DNA from: Selaginella moellendorffii | Lineage: Eukaryota; Plantae; Lycopodiophyta | Length of the DNA stretch: 64,000 nucleotides | Direction of reading: 5' to 3' | Assembly: GCF_000143415.4 (NCBI RefSeq) | Contig: NW_003314322.1 | Location: 269,691-333,690 of the forward strand | Part shown: piece by piece, positions 25,501 to 37,780 of the stretch | How the letters are laid out: the number at the start of each line of letters is the position of its first letter | How positions within the stretch are numbered: position 1 is the stretch's first letter | Program-made: the position numbers and the translations under genes | The notes under the pieces: generated by a model | Told to the model about the DNA's origin: nothing | What the model saw: the letters and a program-made list of their open reading frames with translations, nothing else | Databases searched by the model: none

Positions 25501-26655
25501 TAGACTTTGTCGAGGACTATGACACTTGCTTTGTTTGATGATAATTTAGTAGTGTTGGGCTTGCTTTATCGAATGGTATTGCGAAGGATCGTGTTGTTAA
25601 ACTTACATAGGTTTTCCATGTTGGCATGTTAACTTTACCTTTGTCGATATCATTTGGTTACGTTTAGTCTGTGGTGTTGAATTTCATTGAGTCTTGGACA
25701 TGGTGATTCACTCTTTAGTGATGTGTTATCTGAAGCTAAGTATTGTCAAAGAATTGATTTCGGATACTAAGTATAATATATTTGACTTTGGTTAACTTGG
25801 TTGTTAGAGAGCTTTGAGTGGTGATTCACTCTTGCTTTCTTCTAGCTTTGTTCTAGTGTTGATGGCATTGAAGTGATGTCTTGTCATTGACATTGTTGGT
25901 ATTGAGATTTAAGTGGGATGAGATGTTTCTCCATAAGATTGATATTGAGTTTCATTAGTCTCGATTTAAATAGTGTTGATGCTTAGGTTGTAGCTTTATA
26001 TTATTGGCATTCATTTGCTAATTAGCAACTATATTGACGTTCAAATGAACTGAGTGGCAAATTAAGTTAGTTGTGTTCTAGATGGGATTGTTTAGTAGGG
26101 GTTGAGCTTTGAGCTTTTCCTTGAAAAGTGATTCAGTTGTGGACTTTGACAGCTTTACAAGAAAAGATTTAGTGATCAATATTGAAATGTTTGAATCTTT
26201 GTTGGATTTGACTTGGGGTATATTGATCACTGATGATTCTTTTTATATTTGTTATGAAGTGAGTTACGTCTTGCTATAGATGGATTCATGGAGGATCATT
26301 TGGTGATCAATTGTTAAGCATAACTTTGTTATGTTTAGCTTTTGGATTGATGTAGATATGCTCTTCATTAACTTTGTATTATGAAGTTTAGCTTATGGAT
26401 ATGTTGAGAAGGATATTGTGGGTTGTGCCATGATTTCTTCTTTGGCATTGAAGTTAGTTGTTAGTTCTTGTAAAATTTTGATCATTATTAAGCAGGACTT
26501 AGCTATAGGCTTTTTCAAGCTTTTGGTTCTTTGAGTTTTATGCTCATTGTTCCATTTGTTAGAAGTTGCTAGGAAAGGTATTTTGGCTCACTTGCTTCGA
26601 TGTTGAAGTTGGCTTTTGCATCTAGCAACCATTAGTGATAATTAACTGTCATCCA
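22520..26655 (+). mobile_element. Old, heavily mutated LTR retrotransposon (LTR end, PBS TGGTATTAGAGC at about 22909, pol remnants, AT-skewed 3' internal region)
   Basis: PBS follows ...GCTACA. RT/RNaseH-like remnants FYR..ENF.RI and YDAHKK. 25260-26655 is an inverted homolog of 43725-45092. Confidence 0.6.
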
Positions 26656-26740
26656 GGATAGTGTAAGGAACTGACTCCCCGAGGTGTCGAAGGCTAAAGG
26701 ATCCCCAAAGGCATGACCAAAATGATAAAGAGTTCATCAG

Positions 26741-29700
26741 ATGAGACCGAGTTTGAGATTGGGTTCGAGACTGACTCTAAGACTGAGTTTGAGACCGAGT
26801 CTGAGACCGACTTTGAGACCGAGTTCAAGATCGAGTCCAAGACCGAGTTCGAGACCAAGTCTGAGATCCAATATCAGGTCTGAGACCAAGTTTGAGACAG
26901 AGTCCAAGGTTGGGTCCGAGATCAAGTTCAAGATCGAGTCTGAGTCCGGTGGCGAGGTTCGGTCGTCCAAGGCTCGATTGGACGTGCTAGAAGGACAGTT
27001 GGCACAGACCAATGCCTTGCTGGAGACTCTCGTACGCAAGCTAAAGCGTGACGAGAAGCAGAAGAAAAAGAGAAAGACTACGGATGCTGGCAGCGCAGAA
27101 GGTGCGGACCCTTCGGCAGGGACTGAGGCAGAACCAAACAAGGTCGAACAGACCGAAGTAGAATTAGTCCCTCAGGCAGTTCCCAAGTACAAACCAAAGC
27201 CCCCACCGGTCTTCAAGGGAGTGAATGACTATAAGGTGGTGGAGGATTGGTTTTACGATATAGAGGACTACTTCCGAGTGTTGCGATTTTTGAGCTCGGA
27301 GAAGGTCCCATGTGCAAAACCATACTTGGCAGATAATGCCAAGTCTTGGTGGAGAACGACGAAGGACAACGAAGGACCAGTGGCCACTTGGGACATGATG
27401 AAGGTGAGGATCCGTGCAACATACGTTCCTCCAAATGCCACTTTGCATCTGAGAGATGAGCTGAGTAGGCTGAAGCAGACTGGAACCATCCAGGAATATG
27501 TGAATGGGTTCATGGCAAAGAGGATACTTGTCACGGACATGGGGGATATGGATGCATTCCATGCCTTCATATCAGATTTGCAAACCTGGGCTCGCGGTGA
27601 GGTGATGCACTGGAACCCGACCAACTACAAGGAAGCGTTGGATGCGGCCATCAAGGTGCATTTCAACGATAACCTGCGAAAGGGGAACACAACGAGGTCG
27701 AGATCCACGTTTAGCAAAGGGGCCAAACCAAGGGGAACGTATAGCAGGGGGAAATTCAAGAAGAGTTTCTCTAAGAATGAGTCCTCGGGGTTCCAGAAAG
27801 GCAAATCCGGTGGCCAGCGAGCGAGCACGTGGGGGAGTCAAGCGAAAAGAGACAAACCCACGGATAAGAAGGTCAAGTCGTATAGCAGCGTGGGAAACAA
27901 CGTATGCTACAACTGCAGTGAAGTGGGACACTTTTCGAGGGAATGTCCCTACCCGAAGAAGGCCAGAGCCAATATGGCCATCAAGTTAGGTGAAGTCCAA
28001 ACTGAGGTATGTGATCCAGTCCCTAACTCAAAGTTACTCATTACACGAGCAACTTTGGTAGAGAGTCGTTCGCGACATCTACTAGCCCTCCGAGGGAAGC
28101 TCGGAGGTAGCTTTGTTAAGATCCTTATTGACACGGGTGCTTCGGATAATTTTGTGGCTGCAGACATAGTCCGGCAAGCCAGATTAACGGTGCAGCGGCT
28201 AGGCGAACCAAGGACTATAGAGTTTGTTCAAGGTAGCCAAAGCACCGATGAGGTACTTCGACAAGTGAGAGTCGAAGTAGGGACATGGAAAGTAGACATG
28301 GATTTCACCGTGTTGGACATGGCGGGATTTGACGTGATCTTCGAAATGGATTGGTTCAATCAGTTCGTGGTAGCCCTACATGGACAAGGTAGGAACCTTG
28401 TGGTACTGGCGAATGCCCAAGGAAGAAGATCTAGGGTGGAGGCCCAGGATCTAAAGGTAGGGCAAAGCAAGGCCAAAGAATCCTGCTTAAACCTGGTGTC
28501 CACGAGAGGACAACTCACTCAAGGAACTAAGGCAGCCTTTTTGTGCTTACTCTCGGTGAAGAGTGACAAAAAGACAGGAACAGAAGAAGTACCTTTAGTG
28601 ATTCAGCGGGTGTTGGACCAATTCCAGGATACCATGCCAAAGGAGCTACCGGCGAGGTTGCCCCCCGCACGACCGATAGAACATAAGATTGAGCTGGTCG
28701 AGGGTGCTGAGGCGGTGGTTCGTCCCCCCTATCATTTGAATGAAAAAGAACTCAAGGAGCTCAAGTGCCAACTAGAGGAGTTGGTGGACAAAGGGTATGT
28801 TAGGTTGAGCAAGTCGCCGTATGGGGCGCCGGTGTTATTTGTGAAAAAGAAAGATGGATCTATGCGCATGTGCATAGATTACCAGTTGCTCAACAAGTAT
28901 ACAAAGAAGAACAAGTACCCTTTGCCAAGGATTGAGGACCTGTTTAATAGGTTGGGAAAGGCAAAATACTTCTCGAGGATTGACCTAAGGTCAAGATACT
29001 ACCAGATCAGGGTAGCTGAGGAAGATGTCGAGAAGACAACCTGTCGAACGAGGTTTGGGAGCTTTGAGTTTCTGGTGATGCCCTTTGGGCTGTGCAATGC
29101 ACCGGCAACATTTTTGGCATTGATGAACCACATCTTTGTGCCCTATGTGGATCACTTTGTGGTCATCTATATTGACGACATCCTGATCTATAGCGAAACA
29201 CTAGAGGAGCATGCCAAACACTTAACGAAGGTGTTTGAGAAACTAAGGGAACACCAGCTGTATACTAAAGAGAGCAACTGTGACTTTGCTCAACAAGAGG
29301 TATAGTTTCTCGGGCATGTGGTGGGCAAAGACGGGCTCAAAGTGGACCCTGAGAAGGTCCAAACGATCCAGGATTGGGAGCGACCATTGAATGTACACAA
29401 GTTAAGGGCATTCTTGGGGCTATGCAACTATTACCGAAAGTTTATCAGACACTTTTCGAGAGTAGCCCTGTCCTTAACAGACCAAACAGGAAAAGGGAAG
29501 ATGGTATGGACAGCAGAATGTGAGGTAGCATTTGTCCACCTCAAAGGGAAGTTGAGGAAGGCTCCTGTGTTGGCATTACCAGACTTTGGTAATGACTTTG
29601 AGGTAGAACTTTGAGGTAGAACTTTAAGGTAGCTTCGGACTTTGCGTTAGGCGCAGTTTTGAAGCAAGACAACCATCCAGTAACGTTCTTCTCGAAGAAG

Positions 29701-31617
29701 TTGGACAAGGCTCAACGGAAGTGGCCTGCCCACGAGAAGGAATTGTTTGCGGTGGTCAAGGCGCTCAAGGAGTGGCGACACTACCTTGGGAGACACTTCA
29801 AGGTTTACACGAACAATGTGGCAACGAAACACTTCTTATCACAGCCCGACCTGAGAGGGAAACAAGGTCGGTGGGCCAATGCCTTGGCCGAGTTTGATTG
29901 CGAGATTCTGTACAAGCCTGGGAAGAGCAACATCGTGGCGGATGCGCTAAGTCGAAAAGCGAGCTTGAGGTTGGTGATATCCAGCGCAACAGCAACCTTC
30001 TGGGACAATGTGTGGATAGCATATGAGAATGATGGTCTAGCACAAGAAGTGTTGTTGAGGAATTTGGAGGCGCATGAAGCTCACCAAAGAGGTGAGCTAC
30101 CAACGGAAGAGAAAACAGGCTATGCGGAATGCAACGGACTCATCTATTACAAGCAAACGAGGGTGTATGTTCCAGAAGGGGAACTAAGGAAAGTAGCCTT
30201 AGAAGAGTGTCATGATGGACCTTTTGCGGGACACGGCGGAGTGCCCAAGACAATGGGCTTACTCAAGAGGAAGTACCATTGGCCAGATATGGTTAAGGAC
30301 GTCCAAGACTATGTAAAGACATGTCTAACATGTCAGCAGGTCAAAGCCGTGACTAAGGCTAGTGGGGGCTTGTTGCAAAGCATCCCAATTCCAGATCGTC
30401 CATGGAAATGTCTTACGATGGACTTCATTACGGGACTTCCCCCAAGCGAGGGGTTTGATGCGATATTCGTGGTGGTAGACCGATTTTTGAAAATGGCACA
30501 TTTCATACCCACCACAATGGAAGTGGATGCAGAAGGTGTGGCGAAGCTATTCTTCGAACAAGTGGTTCGAGTGTGGGGAAGGCCGAAAGAGATCATCTCA
30601 GATCGAGATAAGATCTTCACTAGTAGGTTCTAGAGGACCCTCCTGGAACAGTATCGCACTAAGTTGAAATTCAGCACAGCCTATCACCCACAGACAGGTA
30701 TGAGGTATTAAGTCAAGTTTGGTGACACTAACACTTCTTGACAGACGGACAAACAGAAAAGGTGAATAGGTAGCTGGAGGATTATTTGCGATGCTATGTC
30801 TCGGGAGACCAGACCGATTGGGTAAGTCATTTGGGACTTGCAGAAATGTGTTATAACAACTCACCACATTCGAGTACCGGGGTGAGTCCATGGGAAGTCA
30901 TCAATGGGCAAGCTATTGAAGGTCCTGTGGAACTCGGCGTGGCCGAGTATCATGGAGAGTTACCCGCAGTGGAGGCATTCACGGCGAAAAGACTCAACAT
31001 TTGGAATCTAGTGAGGGATTCCTTGGAATGAGCTCAACAAAGGCAAACTAAGTACGCGAACCAGAAGCGCCAGGATGTAGAGTTCTAAGTTGGGGAGAAG
31101 GTGTGGCTGAACACCAAGAACCTCAGGCTACCAAGTGGGATCAGCCGGAAGTTGACCCAAAGGTAAAAATGCATGTATTCCTGTAAATGAATTGATCTTG
31201 AGTTCCTTAAGCAGGTTCACAGGGACTTACGAGATTGAGGCTCGAATTGGTAAAATGGCTTACCGACTCTGACTTCCTCGAGAGATGAGGAAGATGCATC
31301 CCGTGTTCCACGTGAACTTACTCAAGCCGTATTTTGAGGATCCGCTTCGCAAGGACCAAGTAAGACCTTTACCTAAGGTTATCCAAGGGGAAGAGGAATA
31401 CGAAGTCGAGGCCATCCTTAATGCGTGCAAGAGCAAGCGACAAGGACGCGAGGTGAGAGAGTTCCATGTGAAGTGGAAAGGATTTCCACACTGCGAAGCA
31501 ACATGGGAACTAGAGGAGAACCTAGCAAACGCGCGAGATCTAGTGGAGGAATTTCTGCAAGGCAGAACTCTATGGGATGGAAGTGGGGGGGTAGAGGTAC
31601 CCATACCGGGCCGTTAG
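26741..31617 (+). pseudogene. Ty3/gypsy chromovirus gag-pol (Gag, CCHC knuckle, PR, RT, RNaseH, IN, chromodomain); several stops, a frameshift and two introns
   Basis: [14 protein letters not shown]; LIDTGAS; YIDDILIY; HDGPFAGHGG...CLTC; MDFITGLP; ISDRD; HPQTDGQTE (after splicing); chromodomain YEVEAIL..FHVKWKGF..ATWE.EENL. Stop at 29303; 13-bp duplication near 29595-29625. Confidence 0.95.
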
Positions 31618-32006
31618 GCCACGGTGTTTCGCCCCGACGTCCCGAAGCAAGTGCTGCACCCAAGGCTTGGGATTTAGAGGGTCCCATGATCAAGTCTTGT
31701 TGTACCAAGGGGTGCTAGGAACTTGGAGGCTTGGTGTGCTTGGCTGCTTGTGCCTGCGGGGAGTGTAGCCGAACCTTAAGTCCAGTCTAACCCGGGGAGG
31801 GGGATTGAGAGAGATTTGGGAATCCGTAGATGGATGGCTAACACTCCGTTGCTCGTGCAGTGAGTAGTTGAAACCAAGTAGGACCAAGTAGGAGCTGGTA
31901 CAATAGGCGAGAACCTTGGCAAGGGAACTTAGCACAAGCCAAGGCAGTGTTGGTCGGATAGACGAGGTAAGCTGGCAAATTGGAAAGGAAAAATTTGTAG
32001 CTTACA
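31572..32006 (+). mobile_element. 3' part of a family-B LTR joined directly to the chromodomain end
   Basis: Matches 33117-33548 and 47065-47475; ends GCTTACA. Confidence 0.85.
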
Positions 32007-32209
32007 GTTACAAAGCATCCCAATTCTAGATCATTCGTAGAAATGTCTTACGATGGACTTCATCACGGGACGCCTCCGAAGTGAGGGGTTCGATGCAAAA
32101 TTTGTGGTGGTGGACCAATTTTTTAAGATAGCACATTTTATACCCACCACAACGGAAGTGGATGTGAAAGGTGTGGCAAAGCTGTTCTTTGAACAAGTGG
32201 TTAAAGGAT

Positions 32210-33548
32210 TGTCGTGAATGTGACTTTGGGTATTAAAAGATACTTCTCAGCCAGTCCTTACCGGCACTCTTTCCTTACTGCCACGACGGCAGGAGGTCGG
32301 TACTACTAGTTCCCTTTATTAGCCCCTCTTGTCCAAGTGTTAGTAAATTGGACTTTGCATCTGTACTTGGCTAGATGAGCATAAGGAAGGAATTCCTAAG
32401 TGTCTTTTTAGCCAAGCATACTTGGCCCGGCTTGTTAATTCTCTTTTGCTCTGTCTTGCACAAGCTTGGCAAGAACCCTCACGTATTGAGATTAGTCCCT
32501 CATTATCACTGGATGATAACTTACCGTGTTTGCCAAAAACCCTCGCTATCATGCCCCTTGTGTTAGTCTCATTTCGGTCCTAAATGCTATTTATGGAAAG
32601 TGTCTAGATTCGCTCATTTGGCATATCTATGGAATGTAGAGATCAATATGAACACAATGGTGTTTGTCCCATGTCCAAATCCCATGTCGGGTCTGAGATC
32701 GAGTCTAAGATCGATTCTGAGACCGAGTCCAAAGTCAAGTCTGAAGTGGGTTTGAGATCAAGTCCAAGACCGAGTCTAAATACTAATATAGGTCATTTGG
32801 TGAAAGCCCAAAGCGTGTGTCTCTCGGGGGGGGGGGGATGCAAGGGGTTCCAAAAGTATAGTAGGGATAGTGAGGTCTAGGAGTTAGTTTTCAAGGAACT
32901 CTCTAGGTTGAGATTGGGGCTGAGGGCCCTTGGGTGGGAGTGAGCATGGGTTCGGGTGGTGCTGGAGTGGCTACCCAAGGAAGTGCTCAAGAGTAGCTCC
33001 CACTCCTAGAAGGGAAATTGACTGTAGTGCTCCTGGCTCATGTGAAATAGTGCCCCACTTGAGTACCTTGCGGCTCATTGGTCCTCACCCTTCTTAAGGG
33101 CTTGGGCCTTCCCTTCGGGATGGAAGTGGGGGGTGAAGGTACCTATATTGGGCCGTTAGGCCACAATGTTTCCCCACGGCGTCCTGAAGCAAGTGTTGCA
33201 CTTAAGGCTTGGGATTTAGAGGGTCCCATGATTAAGTTTTGATATACCAAGGGATGTTAAAAACCTGGAGGCTTGGTGTGCTTGGCTGCTTGTGCCTGCG
33301 GGGAGTGTAGCCAAACCTTAAGTCCAGTTTAACCCGGGGAAGGGGATTGGGAGAGATTTGGGAATCCGTGGATGGATGGCTAACGCTCTGTTGCTCGTGC
33401 AGTGAGTAGCTGAAACCAAGTACGACCAAGTAGGAGCTAGTACAATAGGCGGGAATCTTGGCAATGGAACTTAGCTAAGGTTAAGGCAGTGTTGGTTAGA
33501 TAGACAAGGTAAACTGGCAAATTGAAATGGAAAAATTTGTGGCTTACA
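32210..33548 (+). mobile_element. Family-B LTR (both termini present, no matching TSD)
   Basis: TGTCGTGAATGTGAC ... GTGGCTTACA. Preceded by a second integrase fragment at 32007-32205. Confidence 0.8.
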
Positions 33549-33549
33549 C

Positions 33550-36500
33550 AACACTTGGGATATTGATTTCGGTACAACAATCTGTTGAGGCACCTCATGA
33601 GCATTCCTTTGCAACATCTCCCATGGAGAATAGCCAACGGCGCTGTGAAATATGTTGTTAGAACAAATTTCTACTGTGTCCAAATGCTCAACCCAGTCGT
33701 GTTGGTCCGTCGCGACATAGTACCATAGATAATCCTCAACTTGAGCATTCACACATTCTGTCTACCCATCAGTTTGAGGATGATAAGCTATATTAAACTT
33801 CAATTTGGTACCAAAAAACTGGAATAGTGTGCCCCAAAACTTCCCTGTAAATCTCTTTGAGATCTATTTGAGATCATCTCTTCGGGAAGATCTTGAAATC
33901 ACACTACTTCATGGAAAAAGACTTTTGCTACTTGTTTTGCATTCACTGTTCTCACAATTGGAATGAAGTGTGCAATCTTCAACAATTGATCCACAACCAC
34001 TATCAAAGTATCATAACTCTTAGATTTTGGTAAGCAAGTGATGAAATCAAGTATGACACTCTGAAATGGCCATACTTGCAACTTTCCAGCTTGCTTCTCA
34101 ATTTTGCACTTACATTGCTAGCATATAGGGTAGGAATGGACATAGTTTGCTATATCACTTTCTATACCAGACCAGAAAAATCCCTTTTTCAATGAAGCAA
34201 GAGTCTTGCATTTTCCATTATATCCCACTGCCGGAACATCATGATGTTCCCACAGAAACAACTGTTGTAGATCTTAGAGAGAAGATACAAACTTTCTTGC
34301 TTATAAAATATAAGCCTAGAGAAGTGAAGCTTCGCATTAGTTCGACTAGTAACTTTTGCTGCTTCGCTACTTCAATAACTCCACATGGTGCAAGATTGCC
34401 TTCACCAATGGATCACTTCCATATGAAACCCGAACATCCTCCAACCAGTGCGAATTGATTACCGATATTGCCTAGAACTGAGCCTGACAACTTAATGCAT
34501 CCGGAACAATATTGTCTTTACCAGGTTTATAAATGATTTCAATATCATATCTAGTAAGCTTCTTTTGCTAATGAGCTTTCTTTGGCATAAGGTTTGGCTG
34601 CATAGCAAAGTAACTCAGTGTGTTACTATTTGTATAAACCTTGGTATGTCCACCCAAATAGTGTCTGTAGTGTTCCAGTGCCAACACTATAGCAAACATC
34701 TCTTTCTCGTGCGTTGGCCATCTTTGCTGGGTTTCATCTAATTTCTTCGAATAGAACACAATAGGACAACCATGTCACCTTAGCATAACACCAACCACTT
34801 TGTCACAATCTTGCTACAATACAGCACCAATATCATAGCCAGATGTATAACAATACACTTCGAAGGGTTTATCAAGATCTGGGATCTTGAGAATAGGAAC
34901 TGTAGTCAAGATCTCCTTCAACTATACAAAAGCACGTTGACAACTTGGTGTTCAATGGAACGGTATACTACTCTTTGTTAACTTAGTCAACGGAAGAGCA
35001 ACTCTTAGAAAACTCTCGAAAAACTTGTGATAGTATCCTGCCAAACCGAGGAAGGAACGAACATTTGATATAGTGGTTGGGACTTCCCAAGACTTCACTG
35101 CTTCCACCTTCTTTGGGATCTACCTCAATTACACCACCACCAACTATATGTCAGAGAAAGTTTATGCGCAATTGTCCAAAAGCACATTTACTTTCCTTAG
35201 CATACAGTTTGTGTTCGTGCAACTTCTAAAACACCAACTCCAAGTGTTTCAAATGATCCTCCAACATTTCACTGAAGACTAGAACATCGTCGATATATAG
35301 GACAACAAATGTGTCTAAATAATCCCCAAATATTCTATCCATCATAGTGCTGAACATTGCCAAAGTATTGTATAGCCCAAACAAGGAACTCATAAGATCC
35401 ATACTGAGTCTTAAAGGCTGTCTTCTCCACATCCTAATCTGCCATCCATATCTAATGATATCTAGACCATAAATCAAGCCGCATAAAATACTTAGCCTTT
35501 AAGAGTTGGTCAAACAAGTCATCAATACGAGGCAAAGGATAATTGTTTTTGATCATGATCTTGTTGAGTGCCCAATAGTCAATACATATCCTCATGGTTC
35601 CATTTTTTTTCATAACAAAAAAGACTAGTGCTCCATAAGGTGACTTGTTTAGTCAGATATAACCTTTGTCAAGAAGTTCCGTGAGTTGCTTCTTGAGTTC
35701 AGCCATCTCCTTGATGTTCAAATTTTGTAGGTGGTTTAGAACCCTCAATTCGATGATCTTAGCCCTGGTGGCAAAGATATCCTGATTCCGCACCAACAAC
35801 CTTAATATCTTCTTTGATACAGGATCAACACTATCACTAATTCGAACTAAATCACCTACACCCTCAGCTTCCATCACTTGAACCTAAAAAGTTTGACATC
35901 TCTTCTTAGCTGCTTTTTGAGCAGCTCTTGTAGTCAGGAACTTTGCATCCCAATCCTTTGAGGAGCACTTTTGCAACTGGAAGGACACCTCGGGACGTCC
36001 TTCTAACTTCAACATGATACAACTTTGTCCAGCACCATAAATCCCTTTAATATATTTGTTGAAGAAATCCATACCAAACACCATCTGAAAATCTAGTACC
36101 TTCAACATTACCAAGTCCACTCTTTCTTTCCATTTGGATATTTTTATTGGAACATCACTCACAATTTTTCTGGCTACTTGCCCACCTTTTGCAAACCGGA
36201 AGTGCATGAGCAACATCTACTCAGCATTCAATCCTAACAACTTAACTAAGTCTTTGGATATTACGTTGTGCATAGCTCCCGTGTCAATCATCATTCGGAT
36301 TCGGTGTCCACAAACTAGATACATCAGTGGATCAGTGTTTGTATTGACTATGAGAAAAACTTGAGGAAAGCAACGAAAGTAACTCACCTCCTCTTCCTCA
36401 TAGTCTGCATTGACCAACTTGTCAACCCCTTTGGCTTCACCACCACTGTCTTCCCTCATGATATTTATACGAGACCTTGTCTTATGCTTGTTAAGACATT

Positions 36501-37775
36501 CTGAGGACCTATGTCCTGACTCTCCACAATGGAAATAGTGACCCACACTACCTATTCTACTAGAAGCAGGTTTCATAGGTTGCTACTGCTTGTACCCACC
36601 AGGAGAAGGAAGAGAGGGCTTAGGACTAGAAGAAGCTACTGGTGGTCTTCAACCACCACCACCTTTGTTAATTGTTGCTTGTGAGCCTCTAGGGCAGAAC
36701 CTACCTTCCACCCTCTATTTCTGATCACCTTGTTTATTCCCAGAATTCTTATTCTTTTCTAAAGTACCAGCATATGGCTATTGGTATTTTTCCATGAGCA
36801 AGTGACTAAAGGCAACTTGCTGTGCTGCCTCCTTATATTCTAGGTATGTCTTTGGCTTAAACTTCAAAATCTCATTGTAAGAAAGTGAACTTAAACCTTC
36901 CAGGAAATAACTTTGAGCATCTTCGTCACTCATATTTACAATTATAATGCACTTCTAAGCAAACACATTAATGTAATGTATGAGGTCCCCTCATTGCTTT
37001 AGCGGCCGCAACTCCATGTGAAGTCTTAGACCAAGATCATCTGGCAAGTCTTCCTTAAGGATACGAGACTACATCTTAGTCCAACTTCTAGTCTGCCCTT
37101 TTTCAGCACACACCTGGCACCACCAAGTTTTGGCATGATCGGTGAGAAAAGATGGCACATACGCAAATTTTGTATGATCATCTATGTCTACTACTATGAA
37201 ATAGTTTTCCATATCGTAGACCCAATCTTCAGAAACTTGATAGTCCCGCATAATGCCTCTGAAATTGGGTAGTTTTGGAGGCTTGAACTTTCAAACTCGT
37301 GCAATCTGGGGTGGTTGTAGAACTTCATCGTCCTCAGAACTTGAAGAGGAGTCCAGTTGCTTAAGTCTAGCTGATTTAGCTACCTCAGCTTCTTTCTTCT
37401 TCTTCTTGTTCTCCTTCTTCAATTTCTGAACTTGCCTTCGTAAATTTTCAATCTCGATTTCCTTAGCCATATGCTGTAGTGCTATAGCATCTAGATCTTC
37501 CTCTTCTGACTCAGCCTTAGCCTCTTCTATAGAATCTCTAGCAGGAGTTTCCTCCTCTCGATTCACCTGTCTAGAGGTTTTAGCATCATCAGCACTGTTC
37601 CTTTTCACCAATGCTGCTAGTTGCATGCATGCCTCTATCAATAACTGAACATGTATACAAAGTTCTTACTGAATGGTGCAATTCAACTAATCCTACATAG
37701 GTTACTGCGAATCTACTAAAAAAGTCTTTGCGTATACAACTTGAGTCAGAAAATCTGACAAAAGTTTGATAGGAA
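33550..37775 (-). mobile_element. Decayed Ty3/gypsy gag-pol of a related family, minus strand
   Basis: Gag (DWVYDMENYF), knuckle (FHCGESGHRSSEC), PR (MIDTGA), RT (YIDDVLVF), RNaseH (WPTHEKEMFA) and IN (LDFITCLP, AYHPQTDG). Confidence 0.9.
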
Positions 37776-37780
37776 TCACT

